Assembly: GCA_963727825.1 (NCBI GenBank)
Contig: CAVSHO010000008.1
Coordinates: 64,001-128,000 of the forward strand
Direction: 5' to 3'
DNA from: Ignavibacteriota bacterium
Lineage (GTDB): Bacteria > Bacteroidota > Ignavibacteria > UBA10030
Length of the DNA: 64,000 nt
The notes under the pieces are model-generated. The model was not told the origin of the DNA. It saw only the letters and a program-made list of their open reading frames with translations, and did not search any database. Of the stretch, positions 44,236-52,886 are shown piece by piece. A program made the position numbers and the translations under genes. How positions within the stretch are numbered: position 1 is the first letter of the stretch; every line of letters begins with the position of its first letter.

Positions 44236-45282
44236 ATGAAAAGCCCTATAAAGCAAGCTATTGCTTTCGGAGTGCTCTTTGGGTTGATTCTGCTGTCATC
44301 TGCATATGCAGGCGATGTTAATCGAACCGGTACTGCAGGTGCGCAAGAATTATTGATCCCTGTAGGTGCTCGCGATCTCGCCCTTGGCGGTAGTAGCGTT
44401 GCATTAACAAATGGAGTTGATGCAATTTATTGGAACCCGGCTGGGTTGTCTAGAATAAATTCGGTAGAAGCTATGTTCTCTCACCTCAATTATATCGCTG
44501 ATATTGGAGTAGAATACGGTGCCATCGGTATTAATGCGGGTGATTTTGGAAATCTGGGATTTTCTATGAAGTCAATAAATTTCGGGGACATACCTGTTAC
44601 GACAGAAGATTTACCAGATGGTACCGGTCAAACATATTCGCCGGCTTATTTAACATTGGGCGCGACGTATGCTCGGATGTTAAGTGATCGTATTTCAGTT
44701 GGCGCTACGGTGAATATTATAAATGAATCCATTATGAATACTTCCGCAAATGCCGTAGGATTCGATATTGGCGTGCGGTATGATGGGATCGGGACACCGG
44801 GATTAAATCTTGCAGTCGTTTTGAAGAATGTGGGAACGAATATTTCCTATAGTGGAGCTGGCTTATACCGAACAGGAACCACTACAGACGATCTTCGTGG
44901 CCAACAAATTTACTCATTAGTCGCTTCCACTGCAGAACTTCCTTCCCAGATGGAAATTGCATTAGCGTACAATTATAAATTGGACGAAAAAAATCAGATA
45001 TCAGTATTTGGCGACTTTGAAAACAATAATTATTCAACCGATGTATGGAAATTCGGTGCAGAATTCGCTTTTCAAGATCTTCTCTTCTTGCGAGGTGGAT
45101 ATACCTTTGCACCAAATGATCCAAAAGATGCAACAGGCGCAGCATCGTATTTGTATGACTATACAGCAGGTGCTGGTATAAAATACGACCTCGGTGGAGT
45201 AACTATTGGAGTTGATTATGCTTACCGTCATTTAGTTCAGATGAGTGCGAACAATGTCATATCAGTAAAAATCGGAATCTAA
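44236..45282 (+). CDS. PorV/PorQ (UPF0164) family outer-membrane beta-barrel
   Basis: LLIPVGARDLALGG..DAIYWNPAGL motif, LRGGY, VDYAY; start at ATG 44236 after AAGGAG. Confidence 0.85.
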   Translation: MKSPIKQAIAFGVLFGLILLSSAYAGDVNRTGTAGAQELLIPVGARDLALGGSSVALTNGVDAIYWNPAGLSRINSVEAMFSHLNYIADIGVEYGAIGINAGDFGNLGFSMKSINFGDIPVTTEDLPDGTGQTYSPAYLTLGATYARMLSDRISVGATVNIINESIMNTSANAVGFDIGVRYDGIGTPGLNLAVVLKNVGTNISYSGAGLYRTGTTTDDLRGQQIYSLVASTAELPSQMEIALAYNYKLDEKNQISVFGDFENNNYSTDVWKFGAEFAFQDLLFLRGGYTFAPNDPKDATGAASYLYDYTAGAGIKYDLGGVTIGVDYAYRHLVQMSANNVISVKIGI

Positions 45283-45308
45283 TAGTCAACTTTGATGTAT
45301 TAATGAAG

Positions 45309-45340
45309 AGGGTTGGAGTTGTTTATCCAACCCTTTTTTA
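45309..45340 (+). terminator. Intrinsic terminator closing the TBDR-cargo-PorV operon
   Basis: AGGGTTGGA-N8-TCCAACCCT followed by a T run. Confidence 0.75.
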
Positions 45341-45361
45341 TTCTTCTTTGGGTTTAATACC

Positions 45362-45469
45362 ACGCCGCTTGCGGCGTCATTCCCGTCCCGACAAAGTCGG
45401 GAGGAATCCAAAACGTTAGACTCCCGCGTACGCGGGAGTGACAAAATACTTCGTCCCGCTATGCGGGAC
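45362..45469. repeat. Composite/nested REP-like palindrome element
   Basis: ACGCCGC-TT-GCGGCGT; GTCATTCCCG[TCCCGAC-AAA-GTCGGGA]GGAATCCA...CTCCCGCGTACGCGGGAGTGAC; GTCCCGC-TAT-GCGGGAC. Confidence 0.8.
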
Positions 45470-45503
45470 TGCAAGGATGTTTATTTTCAATATTAGGGTT
45501 AGT

Positions 45504-47792
45504 ATGCATTATAGAAAATTATTTCTCATCATTGGTTTTTGGATCTGTGTTAGTTCAGATATATATTCCCAAGAGATATCTCCACTACTTCCGGATACTG
45601 GGCAATTGGCGGTTGTTCAAAAGAAGATCGATCTTCGCGGGGGATTAGTTGTTCTCTCGATTGCGATTGCACCTGGTTTTGAAGATATGCCTACTCTCGC
45701 ATATTTTCGCCTGAAAAAGGGAGCCGAAATAGGATGCGTATATATTACTAATGGAGAAGATTTTCCAGATTATGAATTCGGAAAGAATGCGTACGAAACA
45801 GCTAAACAAAGAAAGGAAGAGGCATATCAAGCCATGTCTTTGCTAAATGGCGAAGCATTCTTTTTGAATGTTCCTGCTTTTATGTGTTTGTCGATTGAAG
45901 ATGATACCGCTGAAATTGGAAAATATTTTCTAAAACTTGATAAAGTAATCTCTGAAATAAAACCTGACGTAATATTGTTAAATTCTGATTATATCTTTTG
46001 GAAGGGAAAATCAAAACGATTGCAGGCGATAGAGAAAAATGTTGAAGCGACTCTTAGCCGATTAAAAAAAACGAATCAATGGAATGATTTAAAAATATTC
46101 GCACAATCAAACGAAAATAGCAAGGGAGATCTAATTCAAGTCGGCGAGTATAATATTCCGAGAAAGAAAACTTACCGGGATATTGCTGAAGACATTAAAA
46201 TGCAATATAGAAGTCTGAAGACTTGGTTTTCTATTTGGAAAGATTCCTACAAACCGCGTTATATCTCTGTATATCCAAAAAGGAATAACCAACCAAGACT
46301 GTCTGAGATTAATTCTCCGGTTATTCCTCCAAGACTTACAGAAATCGCTTCGGCTGTAAAAGAGATAGCTGAATCGGAAGAAAGACGATCATCCGAAAAC
46401 CAACTTAATCATTTGTACGAGACAATTTCAAAGATCGATTTTTTCATTAACCATATTCAAAAAACTCTTAGTCTACAAGAAAAGAAACTTCTTCTCTTTT
46501 GGAAGGATAAAATAGAAGAATACAGATGTGTATTACATAATGTGTTTATCCCGTATATTCTGCGGAATAAAGAAGTAACCGCTTCGCAATTATTTTTCGT
46601 AAAAATAGGTTCCTTGGATCCGTGGATAAAAAATGGAAATACTCATCTGTTATTTCCTGGAGTTATTGAACGGAAATGGTTAGTGGACACTAGGCAAGAC
46701 TATTCATATCCATTGTTGCCGGATACTACTTGGCGTATTATATCACCCGATGTGTTTCCATTAACTTCGCCTGTGAATGAACCTGGATATAACGCTCTGC
46801 AAATGAGGAATAAATTCACGTTTATGGTAGTGCACCAAGAAGAACAAGTATTAGATAATTTTGTCTATCAAAAGGATATTCCTCTTATAGCCGTGTCACC
46901 TCACTCCCTTGAAGTGTTAACTCCTTATTTGTTTGCAAACCGTGATAGCACTGTAGTTATTAAAATTACGAATAATGTTTTCAATGCAATGAAAGGAGAA
47001 TTACAGGCAGAGGATTCATTGGTTTCTATATTGCCGCATAGCATTTCACTCCCTCCTAAATCAACAATGATAGATAGTCTAATGCTACATTGGAAGGGAA
47101 AATATTTTGATGGTGAGCACGAAGTCATTCTCAAAAGCAAAAAGAATAATTCGTTTGGAAGTTTTATCTATAAAGGATTAGGAATAAACACAGGAGCGAA
47201 ACAATCGGTTGGCGTTTTCTCGATGATTGATCGAACTCCTCTATTATTTGCCTTGCAGCATATGGGTTATGCCTCTATTGATCTTGATACTGCAAATATA
47301 CGATGGTCTGAAAATATTTCTACTGTTATCATAGATGAGGAGTCCTCGAAGAATATCAACTCTAATCCTAATGTGAAGAAAAAAATAAGAGATTGGATAT
47401 GGGCGGGCGGTAAATTAGTAGTATTGCCACAGTATATTCCTCATACAAGTCAAGTACCGGATGATTCAGTAGTTTTTAGTTACAATAACTCAGTCATTTC
47501 GATGCATAATATAAATGTAGATACTACTCAATTTCTATTCCATTATCCAAATATTATAGATATCATGAAATGGCAAAATGCAGGTTCGGTTATTTCCTAT
47601 GGTGAAATTCATATTAAGATGAATATGCCAGTTAATATTCCTATTACATCTCAAAGCACAAGAATGCCCCTTATGGTATTTCGTCATTATGGTCAAGGGG
47701 TTATCATATATATAGCATTAAATTTGCATCCCCAGCTGCTCACTATTCAACCAGAAGCATATAAATTTCTTGCGAATATCTTGAGTAATTGA
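45504..47792 (+). CDS. Secreted PIG-L/LmbE-family deacetylase-like protein with degenerate active site
   Basis: VLSIAIAPGFED..AYF..YITNGE..RKEEA..IKPDVIL aligns by eye to the LmbE fold (AHPDDE/TRGE/RPDVI); C-terminal GGKLVV segment suggests a GATase-like domain. Confidence 0.65.
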   Translation: MHYRKLFLIIGFWICVSSDIYSQEISPLLPDTGQLAVVQKKIDLRGGLVVLSIAIAPGFEDMPTLAYFRLKKGAEIGCVYITNGEDFPDYEFGKNAYETAKQRKEEAYQAMSLLNGEAFFLNVPAFMCLSIEDDTAEIGKYFLKLDKVISEIKPDVILLNSDYIFWKGKSKRLQAIEKNVEATLSRLKKTNQWNDLKIFAQSNENSKGDLIQVGEYNIPRKKTYRDIAEDIKMQYRSLKTWFSIWKDSYKPRYISVYPKRNNQPRLSEINSPVIPPRLTEIASAVKEIAESEERRSSENQLNHLYETISKIDFFINHIQKTLSLQEKKLLLFWKDKIEEYRCVLHNVFIPYILRNKEVTASQLFFVKIGSLDPWIKNGNTHLLFPGVIERKWLVDTRQDYSYPLLPDTTWRIISPDVFPLTSPVNEPGYNALQMRNKFTFMVVHQEEQVLDNFVYQKDIPLIAVSPHSLEVLTPYLFANRDSTVVIKITNNVFNAMKGELQAEDSLVSILPHSISLPPKSTMIDSLMLHWKGKYFDGEHEVILKSKKNNSFGSFIYKGLGINTGAKQSVGVFSMIDRTPLLFALQHMGYASIDLDTANIRWSENISTVIIDEESSKNINSNPNVKKKIRDWIWAGGKLVVLPQYIPHTSQVPDDSVVFSYNNSVISMHNINVDTTQFLFHYPNIIDIMKWQNAGSVISYGEIHIKMNMPVNIPITSQSTRMPLMVFRHYGQGVIIYIALNLHPQLLTIQPEAYKFLANILSN

Positions 47793-47947
47793 TCGTAGGG
47801 AATATATTGCGTATAATTATTATATTTTACTTTTATGTTTTTCAAATAGTTTGCTGTCTACAATATAGTTTGTTCATCTCATTAAATATTCCCGTTATTA
47901 AGAGATTTATTTTCAGTTCAATTGTGATTTAATAAGAAAGCTGAATA

Positions 47948-49324
47948 ATGAAGAAAATTATTTTCCTTTATATCCTCCTTGCCTTGTTTTATCAGTGGAA
48001 TGATAAAACGACAATTCTCAACGCCCAAAAAAATAATAGGTTTACAATCAATGCAGTTTTTGACAGATTCTGGCAAACGGATTCTACTTCATTCCTTGAA
48101 ATAGCGACTGAATGTTATCCTCGTCAAGTCTTGTTGAAAAGAGATTCACTGGGATACCACGGGAATGTCGAATTTCGCATTACAATTCAAAATACCGCCG
48201 ATGGGAAAATTATTCAGGCTGATCGGTTTTATGTCCCTGTTTACATACAAGATACTTCTGCAGCCGCGGTATCAAAATCGCTATTAAGCAAAGTGACCTA
48301 TGTCTTAAAACGTGGTTCATACTCGGTTGCATTGTATGGATTTGACAGCGGTGACATTTCGCGGAGGGATAGTGCACGTTTTGTTATTGATATCCTGCCG
48401 AGACCAAGTACCGTTGTTCTCAGCGATCTGGAATTATGCGCTAACATTGTTGAATCGACAGATAAAACGGATGTTTTTTATAAAAATTCGTATCGTGTAA
48501 TTCCTAATCCGAGCCTTGTTTTTGGCTCAAGCGGATCCCCCGTCGTATTTACTTATTCAGAGCTATATAATCTTCAAAATGGATTTATCTATTCAATAAA
48601 ATTGCAAATTATTGATTCGAGGGGACTGGTCTGCAAACAACGAACACGATTGCGTAAATTCTCAATAAATAATGCAGTTGATATTGCAATGCTCAATATC
48701 ACATCCCTTGTCTCCGGGAGATATATTTGTCAATATATATTATCAGATACCTTGGGACACGAGATTACGCGATCGCAGAAAAAGGTTTTCATATATAATC
48801 CAAATGTTCAACCCCTGGCCGCAGTAAAATATTCTGCGAAAGGGGCAGAATTAGCAGGCCTTTCTGATGATGAATTAATAGATGAATTCCGGAAGCTAAA
48901 ATATCTTGTAAATGATGACATGATTAGAACTTTTAATAAAATCTCGTCACAGGATGGAAGACGGGAATTTTTAGCAAGATTTTGGACAGATGTTGAGAGC
49001 GGACAACATGAAGGAATCGATTTCACCCGTACAATCTTTTTGGATCGTATTATCACTGCTAATCAACGATATCATGCGATGGGAAAAGAGGGCTGGCTGA
49101 CGGACCGAGGTCGTGTGTATTTGCTGTACGCCGAACCAGATGAAGTTGAACGATTCCCTAGTTCGAGTGTGAATAAGCCTTATGAAATTTGGCACTATAA
49201 TCAGATCGAAAGTGGTGTTATTTTTGTCTTTATTGATAGATCGGGATTGGGAAACTATACACTTGTCCACTCTACGAAACGTGGCGAAATCCAGGATGAA
49301 TCATGGCAAAAATATTTGCAATAA
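47948..49324 (+). CDS. GWxTD domain-containing protein
   Basis: ANQRY..EGWLTDRGRVYLLYAEPDEV..YEIWHY..FVFID. Confidence 0.88.
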   Translation: MKKIIFLYILLALFYQWNDKTTILNAQKNNRFTINAVFDRFWQTDSTSFLEIATECYPRQVLLKRDSLGYHGNVEFRITIQNTADGKIIQADRFYVPVYIQDTSAAAVSKSLLSKVTYVLKRGSYSVALYGFDSGDISRRDSARFVIDILPRPSTVVLSDLELCANIVESTDKTDVFYKNSYRVIPNPSLVFGSSGSPVVFTYSELYNLQNGFIYSIKLQIIDSRGLVCKQRTRLRKFSINNAVDIAMLNITSLVSGRYICQYILSDTLGHEITRSQKKVFIYNPNVQPLAAVKYSAKGAELAGLSDDELIDEFRKLKYLVNDDMIRTFNKISSQDGRREFLARFWTDVESGQHEGIDFTRTIFLDRIITANQRYHAMGKEGWLTDRGRVYLLYAEPDEVERFPSSSVNKPYEIWHYNQIESGVIFVFIDRSGLGNYTLVHSTKRGEIQDESWQKYLQ

Positions 49325-50178
49325 TTCTTAGTGTATTTATTGGGTTGGTTTCAGCATTCGCTCAATCGGTTGATTCTGTTCTAGTTGAAGATTATTCCAT
49401 TGGTTCATTCCAGCGAGCGACGCGCATTGTGCCGGGGACAAACGGAGCAATATATATTCTCGACTCGGACGAAAATAAAGTATTGTTTTTTTCTAATCTT
49501 CAAGATACTCCAAAAACTATTGGAGGGTTTGGCTGGTCGTCTTCTTCATTCGATAAACCCACAGGTGTTGCAACGGATGGAGTGAATGTATACATCTCTG
49601 ATTTTGGCAATCATCGAATTCAGCGGTTCGATCGAGATCTCAATTATATATCATCACTTTCAACCAGAGATACTTCCGATGTTAGCTCTCGGTTTGGTTA
49701 TCCTCTTGATGTTGCCTTATCTGAGTTTGGAGATATATTTATCCTGGACGGTGAAAATATCCGCGTGATGAAGTTCAATGCTCAGGGTCTCTTCGAACGT
49801 GCATTCGGTGATATAAATGCCGGGAAGGGTAAGCTTCAGAATCCAGTGAAACTTATTGCAACAAATTCTCGCATTTTTGTTGGTGATAAAAACAAAGTAA
49901 TTGTATATGATTATTTCGGCAATTATCTCGGAAGCATCGGTGAAGGTATTATTAATAACCTCATTGGTTTTACGATTTTGACAAACGGACTTCTTGCCGC
50001 ATCAAACAACATGATCTTGTGGTTTACACGAGAAGGTGATTTGCAAAAGTCTTCTTCGCTCGATAATATTATTTCAGGAGAACGAATTGACCAAATCCAG
50101 GATGTCGCTTGTAATGGCAAACAATTATTTATCCTTTCACCACACAAGATTCATGTGTTTAAGATGAGTAATAATTGA
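49303..50178 (+). CDS. Secreted NHL-repeat (beta-propeller) protein
   Basis: FDKPTGVA..VYISDFGNHRIQRFD; PLDVAL..IFILDGEN; signal peptide. Confidence 0.82.
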   Translation: MAKIFAIILSVFIGLVSAFAQSVDSVLVEDYSIGSFQRATRIVPGTNGAIYILDSDENKVLFFSNLQDTPKTIGGFGWSSSSFDKPTGVATDGVNVYISDFGNHRIQRFDRDLNYISSLSTRDTSDVSSRFGYPLDVALSEFGDIFILDGENIRVMKFNAQGLFERAFGDINAGKGKLQNPVKLIATNSRIFVGDKNKVIVYDYFGNYLGSIGEGIINNLIGFTILTNGLLAASNNMILWFTREGDLQKSSSLDNIISGERIDQIQDVACNGKQLFILSPHKIHVFKMSNN

Positions 50179-50195
50179 TTCCCTTATGCCAAATC

Positions 50196-50224
50196 TTGAC
50201 ATTCGTTTTTAATTATCCTAATTT
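50196..50224 (+). promoter_or_regulatory. Putative sigma70-type promoter of ssb
   Basis: TTGACA-N17-TAATTT. Confidence 0.5.
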
Positions 50225-50274
50225 TATGCAGTATTATTGATAAATCCACTACCCACTTTTAAGGAGGAAACACT

Positions 50275-50706
50275 ATGGCATCTAAAAGCGTTAATAAAAT
50301 CATTCTTATAGGAAATCTTGGACAGGATCCCGAGCTGCGGTATACAAGCAGTGGCGTTGCGGTGGCGTCATTTTCGATGGCGACCAGTGAATCATGGAAA
50401 GATCAGGATGGGAATGTTCAGGAAAAAACCCAATGGCATAAACTTGTTGCGTGGAGAAAACTTGCTGAAATTGTGGGTGAGTATTTGAAAAAAGGCAGCA
50501 AGGTATATGTTGAAGGGCGTATACAATATCGAACTTATGATGATAAGAATGGTGTTAAACGGGATGTCACAGAGATTGTTATAGATCAGATGCTTATGTT
50601 GGATTCTAAAGGTGCAAGTCATGCAAATGGAGCGCCTGCTTCTGCGCCATCGCAGCCTCAGACTGAAGATGTTGGTCCAGATAAAGCAGATGATTTACCA
50701 TTCTAA
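50275..50706 (+). CDS. ssb: Single-stranded DNA-binding protein
   Basis: [19 protein letters not shown]; C-terminal DDLPF. Confidence 0.99.
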   Translation: MASKSVNKIILIGNLGQDPELRYTSSGVAVASFSMATSESWKDQDGNVQEKTQWHKLVAWRKLAEIVGEYLKKGSKVYVEGRIQYRTYDDKNGVKRDVTEIVIDQMLMLDSKGASHANGAPASAPSQPQTEDVGPDKADDLPF

Positions 50707-50715
50707 ATACCGTAC

Positions 50716-50752
50716 AAGCCCTGTATTCTTTAGAATACAGGGCTTTTCGTTT
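50716..50752 (+). terminator. Intrinsic terminator after ssb
   Basis: AAGCCCTGTATTCT/AGAATACAGGGCTT perfect 14-bp stem plus T-rich tail. Confidence 0.8.
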
Positions 50753-50776
50753 CTCAATTCATTTTTTTCTTCTCTT

Positions 50777-52492
50777 ATAAATCCTCGAATTATTAATATT
50801 ATCTTTTTCTGCCTTATTTTTTTCTTGGTTCAACCATCCTTTTCCGGTGTTGCTGACAATCATATTAAGAAGACGACTAGGACTAAGCAAGGAATGGTTG
50901 TCACATCGGAACCGAATGCATCGCATGTAGGTATTCAAATCCTGAAACAGGGTGGAAATTCCATAGATGCAGCAGTCGCCGTCGGATTTGCCCTTGCTGT
51001 GACACATCCACAGGCAGGCAATATCGGAGGAGGAGGTTTCATGGTGATCCGTATGGAAGATGGAACCACAACGACATTTGATTATCGTGAAAAAGCTCCA
51101 GCGAAATCTACAAAAAATATGTTCCTTGATGATAAAGGGAACTATCTCCCGGAGAAAAGTCAGGAGGGATATTTAGCATGCGGTGTCCCAGGGTCAGTCG
51201 CCGGAATGCTGCTTGCTCTTGAGAAATTTGGAATACTAAGCAGAGCACAAGTTTTGCGACCGGCCATTGAACTTGCTATGAAAGGATTCAGAGTTAGTGC
51301 ACCATTTGCTCGAGATCTTAACTTTGCATTGGAAAATTATGGAAAGTATCCGGCCACGAAAATTTTATGTTCGTATAATGGTAAACCATACAAAAAGTGT
51401 GATATATTTATTCAACCCGATCTTGCAAGAACTTTAAAACGCATAGCAATAGATGGAAGGGATGGTTTCTATAAAGGTGAAACTGCAAGGCTCATCGTTG
51501 CCGAGATGAATCGCGGCGGCGGATTGATCACGTTTGATGATCTTGCTTCGTATAAAGCGATCGAGCGATCTCCTTTGCGGGGAAGTTACCGCGGATATGA
51601 GATAATCTCTATGGGACCTCCAAGCTCTGGTGGTGTGTTGTTGATTCATATGCTTAATCTTTTAGAGAAATATGATATTGCCGGATCTGGGTTCGGTTCA
51701 GTTAATTCCGTAAGCATTTTGACAGAAACAATGAAGCTAGCATATGCGGACCGGGCCGAATTTCTTGGAGACCCCGATTTTTTCCATGTCCCGGTCAAAA
51801 TCCTTCTCTCAAAATCCTATGCCGATGAACGTAGGAAGCTAATTGTACCGGAAACAGCAAAACCGAGTACAACTATCTCTCATGGGGTTATCATCCAAAC
51901 AGAACATAATGAGACCACACACTATTCAATAATCGATCGATGGGGAAATGCGGTGAGCACAACTACAACGATCAATGGATGGTTCGGGAATGGTGTTGTT
52001 GTTGATGGTGCAGGATTCTTTTTGAATAATGAAATGGATGATTTTTCCGCTAAACCCGGTGTACCAAATATGTTTGGCGTTATAGGTGCAGAGGCTAATG
52101 CAGTTCAGCCGAATAAACGAATGCTTAGCAGCATGACACCAACGATTGTTGTGAAGGATAAAAAGCCTTTCCTCATTCTGGGCTCACCCGGCGGATCAAC
52201 GATCATTACGACAGTTTTACAAGTGTTGATGAACGTAGTGGACTATGGCATGAATCTCAGACAAGCGGTTGACGCGCCGCGAATTCATCATCAATGGTTA
52301 CCTGATACGCTTTGCTATGAGCAGTCGGCCTTTTCGAAAGATGTAGCTCAAGAATTGAAGCGTCGTGGTTTTGTTTTGGCAGAGCGACCGGGGCATCAGG
52401 GTAGAGTAGAAGCAATTATGATTAACCCGAATAATGGATTGTACCTGGGAGTTTCTGATTCCAGGGGATATGGTTTAGCAGTTGGATATTGA
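50777..52492 (+). CDS. ggt: Gamma-glutamyltransferase (start codon uncertain)
   Basis: GGNSIDAAVA, GNIGGGGF, autoprocessing ETTHYS (catalytic Thr), LNNEMDDF, LSSMTP, GSPGG. Confidence 0.95.
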   Translation: MNPRIINIIFFCLIFFLVQPSFSGVADNHIKKTTRTKQGMVVTSEPNASHVGIQILKQGGNSIDAAVAVGFALAVTHPQAGNIGGGGFMVIRMEDGTTTTFDYREKAPAKSTKNMFLDDKGNYLPEKSQEGYLACGVPGSVAGMLLALEKFGILSRAQVLRPAIELAMKGFRVSAPFARDLNFALENYGKYPATKILCSYNGKPYKKCDIFIQPDLARTLKRIAIDGRDGFYKGETARLIVAEMNRGGGLITFDDLASYKAIERSPLRGSYRGYEIISMGPPSSGGVLLIHMLNLLEKYDIAGSGFGSVNSVSILTETMKLAYADRAEFLGDPDFFHVPVKILLSKSYADERRKLIVPETAKPSTTISHGVIIQTEHNETTHYSIIDRWGNAVSTTTTINGWFGNGVVVDGAGFFLNNEMDDFSAKPGVPNMFGVIGAEANAVQPNKRMLSSMTPTIVVKDKKPFLILGSPGGSTIITTVLQVLMNVVDYGMNLRQAVDAPRIHHQWLPDTLCYEQSAFSKDVAQELKRRGFVLAERPGHQGRVEAIMINPNNGLYLGVSDSRGYGLAVGY

Positions 52493-52553
52493 ATTGCATG
52501 TTTATTGGAAGTTCAGTACGTTTACGATAATATAATTCGTTCTTTTAATTCTC

Positions 52554-52764
52554 AGTTCTGGTGTCCCGTTGAATGGTATTCAACGGGATGAAAAGGGAAT
52601 TCCGTGATCCGCATTCGGTGGAAAGTCGGAAGCTGCCCCGCAACTGTAATTCCGATTCTGTTTTATACAGAATTATATTTTCGATTTAAAAAGTCACTGT
52701 GGCCCCCAAGGGGCCATGGGAAGGCAAGTTGAAAATCGGAAGAGCCAGGAGACCTGCCAGAACT
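52554..52764 (+). promoter_or_regulatory. Cobalamin (AdoCbl) riboswitch
   Basis: P1 AGTTCTGG/CCAGAACT, AAAAGGGAA, GCCCCGCAACTGT, CACTG..GGGAAG, B12 box AGCCAGGAGACCTGCC; upstream of a btuB-like gene. Confidence 0.95.
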
Positions 52765-52819
52765 ATTTGCCTCAAGACCTTCGAGGGAAGGTGATTCACG
52801 CATTTTTTTAATGAGTGTG

Positions 52820-52856
52820 AAGCCCCAATCTTTAATGAAGGTTGGGGCTTTTTTTT
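52820..52856 (+). terminator. Riboswitch expression-platform terminator
   Basis: AAGCCCCAATCTT/AAGGTTGGGGCTT stem followed by a T run, between the aptamer and btuB. Confidence 0.8.
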
Positions 52857-52886
52857 ATTCACACAACAACAAGGAAGGATGTACTG

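Noticed and set aside
45362-45469. CRISPR array or complete IS element
   Set aside because: No regularly spaced direct repeats with unique spacers, and no transposase or cas gene in the window.
50612-50776. ORF-track 5' extension of ggt overlapping ssb (likewise extensions of rpmG, rplA, rplX, rpsN, rpsD and the PIG-L-like gene)
   Set aside because: These extensions cross upstream genes, terminators or repeats; downstream starts match homolog N-termini better.
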